64,000 nt of DNA from Pocillopora verrucosa (Eukaryota). Position 1 is the stretch's first letter. The number at the start of each line of letters is the position of its first letter. Of this stretch, positions 36,601 to 47,400 are shown in pieces. The position numbers and the translations under genes are program-made. The notes beneath the pieces were generated by a model. That model did no database searches and was not told the origin of the DNA. It worked only from the letters and a program-made list of their open reading frames with translations. The stretch is taken from assembly GCF_036669915.1 (NCBI RefSeq), contig NC_089320.1, positions 15,915,874-15,979,873 on the forward strand, written 5' to 3'.

Positions 36601-39600
36601 GCACCTAGGAAATCAGCCGTAGGTGTGAGCCACATTTTTTATTTAACGGCGGGAATCTTCAAGTGAATGACCCACAAATGAATAAACTGTTGTCTAATTG
36701 AGGAAGACAACGCCATCAATCAATTTTATCGCTGAGTGAAACGAAAGAAGGAGCTGCTAATCCGTGAGAATGCATCTAAAGACGTACAAAAGGCCTCAAC
36801 AACCCAACGAAATGAAAGAAAGAAAGCCGACAAACTGTCACGAATGGGAAAATAATTTTTCAGCCTACGACAATATGAAGAAAACTTCAAGTGTAAAAGA
36901 GAACTCTGAAGGGGCGAACAAGAAAAAGTACGGCTTCTCAAGCAACCAAATCCCTGAAGTGTTCAGGACGCCATTCATCGTGTCTGGTTATCGACGACCC
37001 GGATTAACCTTCTGGGAATGTATCAGAAGTTTGCTCCGATCTTCCAACGAAACTATAAACGTTTGGAGCCACCTGCTTGCTCTAGTACTGTTCGTGTCTG
37101 TAAACATGACGTCCTTACCCACGACTGACCCATTTTTTCTGCCGCTGATCTCCTTCGCCGTGGGAATTTCGGTTCTGTATTTAATGAGTTCCTCTGCACA
37201 TCTTTTCAACTGCATGTCAGAGGATTCCCATAGAATTTGTTTCTTCTTTGACTACGCGGCTATCGGGTTTTACACGTTCACGGCCGGGCAAGCAATGTTT
37301 TCTACTCTAGGACCGCGGGCGCGTCTGCTTGGGCAGTGCACGATTCGCTTACCGTTTTCCAGTCTATTTCGACGTTCTTTTCGTTTTTCATAACTTTTTT
37401 GTGTTGCGCATCAAACCATCCACGTTGTAAAGATTACAAAGCCTTGCTAAGGGTCGGCGTTCTTGCCGTAAATTGGCTTGTTATCACATCACCGTACACG
37501 GTCCGTATTTTGTTATGTGAAAACGCCGACCCAGCGTATAACCGCATATCCACGGTGTATTTCAAACGTCATGTTGTCTTCTGCGGTTTAGGCGCCGCGC
37601 TGTACGCCGCGAGAGTTCCAGAACGTTTAATGGCAGGTGTGTTCGATAATTTTGGCCAAAGCCACAACTTAGCTCATATATTGATCGCCATGGGTATCCA
37701 ACAGGCGTTCAACGCGGCCCAAGTGGATCTTCAAGAAAGGAGATCAGCTCTGTTAGATCGTTTTTCTTCACAGCCCACTCTTATGAACACGGTCGGCGTG
37801 GCCATGTTTGTTCTCTTTGGACATGTTGCTATTGTCTTGTGGTGTGCGGGAAAGCTGCGTTCTGTAAAGCACAAATCTGAGAGTATTAACAATTAGTTAT
37901 CGCATAAACTGAGAATGATTTCAGACTTATTTTTAAGGCTTTAAATATTACATTTTCTTTGAGTCCTTTCCGCATTTTTCAAAAACGGTGATATAAGATC
38001 TCCCTTATAGGAAAGCAAAAATAGTGTAGGAATGAGTTTTATCTCCATTTAATGTAGCTACTTAGCGATGTATTGACTCGTTCTCCGCAGCGTGCAAAAT
38101 TATACTGATGTGATTTATGTAGGCGACAGAGAGCCTTATCCAAGAGTGTTTAGCGGCATAAAGTCGCTCAGGTTGTTTAAAGAACATGAATAACGAGCCG
38201 TTGGGCGAATGATTGTCAGTCTTTCTGAGTATTCTTTGAATATCCCGTGAGTGTTTATCACGGCATAAACCCTTGGAAAATGTATCTTACTTCTTTCATG
38301 ACATAACCTTAACATGGATTTGTCAGGTGGTGAATTAAATTTATTTCAATCATAAAAGCGATTGTTATGTGGTGCTTAATTGTTTATTGGCGTTAGAAAC
38401 CAATCAAAATGCTCGAAAGAGTAAGGAGGACCTGCATTAGCCCAATAGTTGAAAAAAATGAGATGAAAGATTCAGAAGAAGTTACGAAGAGAACTAACCG
38501 GGGCTAACGTAATTTTAAATGAAGCACAACCTCGTTCAGAGACAAATAGACTGATCAATTTTGACAGTGAAATCAAGAATATCGTAACCAGAAATTGTCT
38601 GACGAATGCGAAAGAGTACTACTGCATACAAAACCTTGCAAGCTTAGAACTCAGGTCTGCACCAGGAATTTTTTCTCGGTTTTAGTTTATTTCCGCGAAC
38701 TCTGCTCTTCTAGCGTTTTTCCTATTCTGTTTACTCAATTCGAATTGTATGAAAAGCAGTCATGCCAGAATGCACGAAATGCCATGTACATAAGTTTATA
38801 TTTAGCTACTTTATAGTCACAATGTAGTACCTCTTCTTTAATTAAATGGTTCTAATTTTCCTTGCAGTCAGTACTGAGCAATGGTCATAAATCCTCCTCA
38901 AAACCCTCAACAATTGTTTTACAGAAAAAACCTTCCGAACCAGCTTCAATCGCAGATCAGAGAATCAAAAGTTTCTGTAATTTATTTGAATTAGAATATT
39001 TATTGTCTCGTCAACAATTCAGATGTACATATGAATAGCGTTTGATTTACCAGGTGCTCTCCTCATTTTGTGGGAGTCAATGGCCTGGTAGAACGTGGGC
39101 TCGGAAACGGAATTGACCAATCAACTCGCGCATAACTTAGAATCCTTGGTTATAAATTTGATTGCCATGAACATTGAAGTTAAAATAAGAGTAACACGCT
39201 CCATTTCCATGCTCTTTTCGTAAATCCGTGGACGCTACATTTCTGTCAATGGTTTGTTGACTACAAACAAGAGATTAGTTTATAAATATATATTTAAATA
39301 TATGAAATTCATATATCTAAAATCTTCATTCATTACTTGGATGGTTTATTTGGACTCAACACATTGACCAGCTCCCAGTTGGCTTGTTAGCTCAGTTGGT
39401 AAAGCGCTGCACCGGTATCGCAGAGGTCATGGGCTCAAATCCCGTACGAGCCTGAATTTTTTTCAGGTCCTATTTTCAACTACTCGTTTCAGTAGTGTTC
39501 TTAGCTGCGAGGATCTCTTAATTTCATCTCTTCACCGCAGTGCAAATATATGAAATTCAGATTAGTTTGTAGTTTAACTACTGTGTTTTGACGGCAGGTA

Positions 39601-42600
39601 GGGAGGGACACGTTTAATTGTCAACTTACTCTGTAAACGTTTTTTAGCATTTCCATCGCGTCTTTAGCCCTTTGTGCAGCTTCAAATTGATATTAAATCA
39701 GTTCAGTTAACTGGCTGTACTTGTCTGTTTTCAGAACATTCAGAGCTGTTTCTATATAGCGTACGAAAAGACAAAGATTCTTTTGAAGAAGCTAAAAAAT
39801 TTGTCGAGGTAAGCAAACTCCTAAGCTTCCGTAGGGTGGCTCAGTTGACCAGAGACATATCGGCGTATACTAGGAGCTCATTAATGGGCTCCTGCGTTTA
39901 CTCAGATTCTCGCAATGGTAAAATATGAGCACAGGCTGCATACGATTTTCTCAGTTATTTCACTTGAAAATTTCTCATGCTGGCAAAATTTACCGCGTGT
40001 AAGGCACGTGAAAAGAATTTAAAAACTTGTTGAGAATGTAATTCCTTCCTCAGATTGCCTTCTCATTGAATATAACATTCTTTTTCTGTGCAAACGAATT
40101 AAAATGCCATTCCATTCCTTTGGTTTTCAACCCGGTTGAAAGTCAAGATCGTTAGTTATTACGTCATTTTTTTCCAGTCCTTAACCGCTGACAAAGGCAG
40201 CACAGAGTTGTGGCGAGTCCTTCGGAAGCTGTACATGTTACCCACCTTATCGACCGCTGACCACCCACGCAATCTGTTCTTAATCTCGGATGGCCACGTG
40301 ACAGAAGAGGAAACCACTCTTGGCTTGATCCGCAATCATTGCCAAAGTGACAGGCTCTTTTCCCTTGGTGTGGGGTAAGTAACCGGAAAAGGGCCTTTCC
40401 AGGTTAGGATCGTATTGTACCATATCTCCCAAAGGCTTCAGCTCTGTGTTGGATGCTCAAGCTAAGTTTAAATTTTGCAAACACTCAGGAAGGGCGTTTT
40501 GAGCTCTCAGATTTTGTAAACTTAATGTTTTTTCCATGAGATAAAGCTTCCCTTGTTTTTAATCTTAGCGAAGAGATCCAAAGATGTCGTCCAATTCGGT
40601 CTTCTTTTCTTTTCTGATGACAGTCGACTCAAGTCCGTGTGCTGCGGTTGGATGCCGGTACCAACTGAGCTACGATGCTTCAAGTTAGGATTGGGCAGAT
40701 CTCGGGGTGCGCAGCATCCCGTAAAGAAATGTGATCTCTGATACTAAATTATTTTTTCCTGTTCTACCTGTAGACGATAAGTGACAATTCGGATTTTTGG
40801 TTAAACGCCACCGATGACTTGAGGCGTTACCTTTAAAATTGCTATATATATCCGTTTGTATGCGAGAAGTTTCTCATCACTACACCTTGTTTGGTTCGTT
40901 TCCTTTTCTCCTCAGTTCCACGGCCAATCGTTACCTTCTACGAGCAATGTCCAGAGTTGGAGCTGGTGCCTCAGAGTTTTTGACGGTAGTGCCAAGTCTA
41001 AATGGGAAAGAAAGGTATGGAATTCCTGTCAACAGAAAAGGCTATTATGACTCGAGATGAAAATTGATGGCATGAAATTATTTATCGATGACAACTTCCG
41101 CCAATCTTCATAGTCTCTTAGAAAACGGCCATAGCTTCTGGATAAATTGATTATCCAAAGAATATTTAAGAATTCGTTGTTGAGAAAATAATGTTTATTT
41201 AGGTGAGATCGCAGTTGTCCAAAGCTGAGCAACCAGGCCTGACATCAGTGGGAGTAACCTGGCAGCAGCACGATTCCGGGTCCAGTCCCCCTGTACAAGC
41301 TCCTCACCAACTCTTGTCGCTGTTCAACGGTTCTAGACAAGTGGTTTATGGATTTGTTGATAACTGCACACAGGTAACTACTGATTTTCTGACATCAAGT
41401 TCATTTTAAGGCTACACTGATGCTTTGAATTTTTTCTGAACTCCTACCAGGCCACCTTGAGCGCAGAGGTTAACGGCACAACGGTATCAACCATGGTGTC
41501 TACCGCTGATCTAAATATCACTAAGGGCAAAGTAAGTGCAAGTGGAACAAAACTATCCAGCTTTCAGTGATTGCATTTTTGGTAATTTTCTACAATCGCT
41601 TCCTTGCACAGATTCTTCATCAGCTGACCGCGCGTGCAATCATCAGAGACTGGGACGAAGGTAGCCTGCATGAGCAGCGCACTGGGCACGAGGTTTGTCT
41701 CAAAAACATAGCTAATATTAAATAATATCATTCAACATTGCATTTATTTTAGCCGCATGTTGTCGGTGCTGAGTAATTCAAATCGTGTTGGAGGGAGAAA
41801 GAGGGATTGGCCCTAGTCTCCATAAGATGAGACAGAAACAATGAGGATTATGACGATAACTTCAAATGGTGATTGACACATTACACACTGATTCACTATC
41901 CTGATGGAGGGGTCTGGGTTCAAACCCTGCTCAGGGTTATCATGTTGTGTTCTTGGCGAACACAATTTACTGGCTGCGAGTTGTTCAAGGGGCTGACTAA
42001 GAGGCTAAACTAACACTAAATAACGGATAAGTCGCTATCTAGTGGATAACTGCGAACAAAACGTATTGCGCTATCCACGGGATAGAGATTTGTCTTGGGG
42101 ATTGAGTTATCCACCATTCAAAGAACCGGGGCAGCAGTTGCATGTTAATACCCAAGTGCTTACTTATGTCTAGGCCGTCGAGATTTGCCTTGTTCATGAC
42201 TGAACCGAGGTTGTTGTTATTTTATGATTCCGTAGATTGTGAAGAGAGACAGGAAAGACTTCATCGTTTCCTTGAGCAAGACGTTCTCCGTGGTATCCAA
42301 ATTCACAAGTTTTGTTGCAGTTGAACACAGAGAAAAGGTAGAAATGAGATAAAGGGAGAAATATGCCCAAGAAACCATGCAATTTAGTCTCATTGATGAA
42401 TAGCGTATGTACGAAATTATGATTCTTGCTTCATTTTGAGATTATTAAGAGTAACCGAGCCTTTCTAAGTCTTTTTTCAATTTGCTGAAGATTCGACCAT
42501 GGAGGTCGCCATATTAAATCTTTCTTAGCGATCTGGCTTCTTACCTGTGACATAACAAGGCTCATTCCCCACTCTTCCATCTCTCGCCAATTTGTTTGAA

Positions 42601-44400
42601 GCTACAGGAGCGGCAGAATGTGAACCGTTGCTCATAGGTTATGTGTGCGTTCCCATTTTACTGAATTGTTTTCAAAATGGCGGAGTCTAAAGTTGAATTT
42701 TAAAGCATTAGGAGAAAATTTTCGAATGGCGAGATAACTCTGGAATCTCAAATAGGGGTAAGCTAAGAATTTACATGTAAATGCTTTTTAATAACATGAA
42801 TGATAAGGTTTCCAGAGTATACGTCTCGTTGAAACCCTGTTTAAAGGAGTATTGGCTGGAGTTGAATTACCCATATAACCTCTCAAACTTCTTGACAACA
42901 TGTGTGTTGCTTTTCCGTTTCCTTCTTATAGGACGAGAAATTCAAGGAGGGCCAGGGACCGAGTATACTCCAGTTGGTCTCTACGGAAGATGTAGACATA
43001 TTGGAATACATAGCTTGGGAGAGTCGACCTGTAATGGAGAAAAATCAGGAACTGGTAAGAATGGTCCTTTTTCAGCAGTAGCCTTCAAATCGAGCTTACT
43101 GCAAAGCCTTATATCTTGTTTTTTTTTTATGACCTTAGTCCCAAGATCTAGCTATAAATTTTCTCCATTTTCCAGAACATATTTCTCATTTTAGGTTCGG
43201 AGAATTTACTGTCAAATAAAACAACATCCCCTAGTTGATATTCTGGTATTCCTTTCTTCCCATCAGCTTTCTGCTTGAAAATGTATAGATCTTGTAAAGA
43301 CAAACTTCTTTTGAAGTCACTCCTTGTTGGGAGAGGTTTTAACTTAACAAAAAGAAAAGCGTTTTCGGGGTTTGGTGTTTTGTTACAATGATTTTGGAGG
43401 TCAAGGCTAAGATTGTAATTTTGTCGTTATGTGCAAATCTGCATGATTGCCCTCCACGTTCCAACCACAGAATATTGAAGAGAAACTAGAGAAAAAGCTC
43501 CAAGAGGCGAAGGTGTTGGAGACAAGCTCAGTTTTACAATGCGAGCGCCTTTACAAAGAAATTATTGAAGAAGCGAAGGAAAACCTCGGTGCTGATCAGC
43601 CAGTGACAGTTAAGGTAAACTGGGCCTATTTGATTTCCATGGTTTTTTGTCTACTTGTCTGTTTCTGGTCGTTCATGACTAAAGTGTGGTAGAGTAGACA
43701 AAGACACGCCACGAGATGCAAGAGAGACGTATTTGTCAAGTGGTTAGCCTACTGAACTTCGAAGCGAATAGGTTGGGTTCTAGTTCTTCGTGTTGTATTC
43801 TTGGGCTAGATAATTTATATTGAACAACCCTCTCCTCCTTCTCTCAACTCAGTAGAAATGATAACCATTGAACTGTAAGTAAAATCCAAGGAAATTGGAG
43901 GAGGGGATGTGGTAACCTGTGGTGGACTGACATTTTATTCATGAGAAGTACTCCTAGTTGCTTCATTCCACAGCGCCCGAGCTCAACTACAGCAGCTGTG
44001 TAGGTCAGCCTCGTATACAAACGATGTTAAGACACGAATAAGTTGCCTCTGGAGTCCTTGACTGTCTTTGTCTTTAAAACCAACAATGAAGAGTATTTCT
44101 GGCCGTTTAGTCATGTTTATTTTTTTTTTTAACACAGGCAATAAAAGCCCTTTCACACCTGTACACTTTGATGGGTGAAGAGGAGAAGGCTTGTCGAATT
44201 TTTGAAGAAAACGAGTCGGCTGTCAGTGATTTCAGGTAAGAGCGTACTTATTCCTTTTCTCCTTCATCATTATATTTTAAGTTACTTTTGGCACTTGGAC
44301 AAACTACCTTCATTTTGCGCGACAGAAAGACCAAAACGAAGGAAAGACTCACTAAGAAAGTACAAGGATATAGTGAAGGATAGAAACATTGATACGGATT

Positions 44401-44457
<57 letters not shown>

Positions 44458-47400
44458 TTTAATTATCATGACTGTGACTGTCACTTCATAGGACAAGTTA
44501 CATCTTTTGTCAGTCCCTCCCCTCCCCTCCCCTCCCCTCCCCTCCCCTCTACTCCCCTCCTTTACTTAACCTCTAACCCTTGGATCGAAGTTTGAACTAA
44601 ACTTAACTAAACCTGTTGCTTGCTAGGAATAAAACATTTTCATTTTTTACTTTTTCTCGAAGCACGGAGTAGAACGGGTGATAATATGTGATCACACTTT
44701 TTTGACTCCGTAAAATAGGTCTTTTTGCCTAAAGTTTTCTTAAAAGTTATAACTCGCCATGAAGGGTTGTCGTTAACTGTCGCTGATATTTCCTATTCAT
44801 GTGATGACAATTACTAAACAACTTTCTTGATTTCACGCGATGGTCTGGTTTCCTGTGGCAAGCTATACTTTGGTTATTTTTCATCGGGATCAACCTTTTC
44901 AGTTTGCAGCTTGTTTGAGTTGGAAGTGGTTCAGTCATTCTCTCAATCGAACACTTTACCAATCGTTTGCAGTTGAAGATCGTGTTTTTCTAATGGAACC
45001 TGACCTTTGAATCTTCCCCTACATTAACATTTACATTTACATGTACATTTCAACAACCAAAGGGACTTTTAAATTTTTCTTCTAAGCGAAAATATAAAAA
45101 GCTGGAAATTGATCGATACCATGAGGTAAATAAGAACATCAACAAGAGAAAATCAATTTGAGAATTTCCGCGATTATACATTTTTTCGATTGTAGTCTCG
45201 ATGTGGAAGTGCCACGGAATTCCACAAGCAAAGATTCCGACTGGAGTGATCCTACAGAAGGTAGTGCCTTCTCCTCTGGGGATAGTAGCGACAATAATGT
45301 TTCGGTGGCGGAGGCAGAACTTCTGGATGAAGAGGAGCTTGAATTCTGTGAAATGGACCAGCAAGGTACGAGGAAACTTACACCAAGGGAGCGGCCATTA
45401 TTTAACCCTTTAACTCCTAGATCAAATTTGTAATTCTCCTTGCTATCAACCATACAATTCTTATAATGTTAGTTCAGAGAATTTAGTATTGGATAAACTA
45501 ATTATCCCCAAATTGATATTTTTTTATTCTTATCACTTATCTGGTTGATATTATATCGATATTTTACGGAGAAATTCTGTCTTGGAAAAGAAAAGTACAC
45601 ATAATCATTGTGGGAGCCGGGGAGTGGAGTGTACTTTCCCTCTGTTTATTTCTTGGGATTTATCAAATAGAGAATATTTATGGAAACCTCAACATGATAG
45701 TTTTCTGGGATAAGGATAGACAAAAAGGAGCAAAGAAGCTAACTACACCATGACAACATAAGTTAAATATCAAAATACGAATTATATTTTCAACCTACAG
45801 GCATGGATGAGGAAAAGGAAGCTTCAGAGGCGCCCTTCCCGCGGGTAATCACGAAAGACATGAATTCAGCCTCTAAAACGAGGACCCAAGGTACAGTAGA
45901 ACGTGTTTTCTCTTACTAGTCGGTTTGATGGGTGATGATAGTTAACCTTTGGACCCCTAAGTGTGACAAGCATCTAATTTCTCCTTACAATATCACACCT
46001 GAATCGTACATTAAGGTGTCGAATATAAAGGAAATGATCGCCAATTAAGAAGCTCTTGATTGTTTAACAAATTCTCCTTGTCAGCGCAGTAGGAAATGTG
46101 TGGAGAATAGTAAGGATAATATGCACACTGATGTTAGGATGTAACTACGTCTTGTCAACTTTTTTAAAGCCACTTGCTTGGCTTGGTGACTTTCGGGAAA
46201 TGTATAACATTTCATTAAAAGGAACCGCTTTATCTGGTGATCTTTCGAAGATTGATGCAGTAACTGGTTCTTCGAGCTATAAAAGTGAAATTTGAAAGGT
46301 GAAAATGACATTCCCCTTATCAATCAAGAAGAAGTCTTTCACTATAAAAAATTCAGGTCGTCATTCCTCCAATCATCAGTATGAGTTGGTATGACGTCAA
46401 ATTTCATGGCACATTAATTGAGAAAGCCTTATTGTAGTGAGGTTTTTTGATATGCAAATAATTATTACGGCCCATTAAAGGCTCGAGGTTGGAGGAAAAA
46501 ATTTCAAAAAGCGTATTTTCTTACCAAGTGCGATAATTTATTATTACAAAGAGTGACAGCTTTTTTGTTACATAGTGCGACGAAAAGTTTTTGTAAAGGT
46601 CGCCAGCTATTACAAAGTGCGACAATTTTTATACATAGTGCGACAGGTATTACAGAGTGTGACGATTATTACAAAGTTCGACAGAACAGAGTTTCTTATT
46701 TTGGGCGGACAACTACAAAGGATGATTTTCCAATGGATGTTACTCTGCATTCTCCAAAAGAAAAAGAAAAAAAACTAATTGCCACTAACATGATCCTGTT
46801 TCTGTCCAAACAGACATGGATACAGAGAGTGAATCAAAGCCTGAGCCGGTGAAGAGCATCGGCACTCGTGACGCCGAGAGAAAACCTGAGGCATTATGGC
46901 GAGCTAGGACAAAGTCACGCATGGCTGTGTTCTATAGAGGTTAATGTTAATCTCGTGATTTTGATGTTTTCTTTGTCTTTGTCTTCGTTCTTTTATTAGA
47001 GTTAGCGTATGAATATCAGTATCTGGGCAACTGCCCGCCCACCCACCCCTCCCCTAACTCAACAATAGTCAGTTGACAACAAGTTAAGGTTAATGTTGGC
47101 TTAGGGGAGGGGTAGGTGGGCAGTTGCCCAAATACTGATATTGATCCGAGTTAGCTTGATTTCTACTAGTTTGTATGCTTGCTTATTTTCGTTGTGCAAA
47201 ACTGTGCCTGTTTGCTACAATGTAGACTGCGTAAAGTGTTATCATTACACGTAGTTCGAAGTTCAAACTTAGTACAGTAGAAAAGTATACATAATCATGC
47301 GGGAGCCAGGGAGTGGAATGTACTTTCCCTCTGTTTATTTCTTGGGATTTATCAAATAGAGAATATTGATGGAAACCTCAACATGATAGTTTTCTGGGAT

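Noticed and set aside
39453-39462. T7 run after the tRNA-like element, considered as a free-standing terminator feature
   Set aside because: The same 'CTGAATTTTTT.TCAGG' tail follows the homologous copy at 56049. It is therefore part of the repeat family, not independent evidence of termination, and is folded into the tRNA-like call.
46081-46323. 80-aa minus ORF and 65-aa plus ORF repeated three times (also 47806-48003, 49383-49625)
   Set aside because: They recur only because they sit in the 1.65 kb tandem repeat. They have no splice context or motifs and overlap each other on opposite strands.
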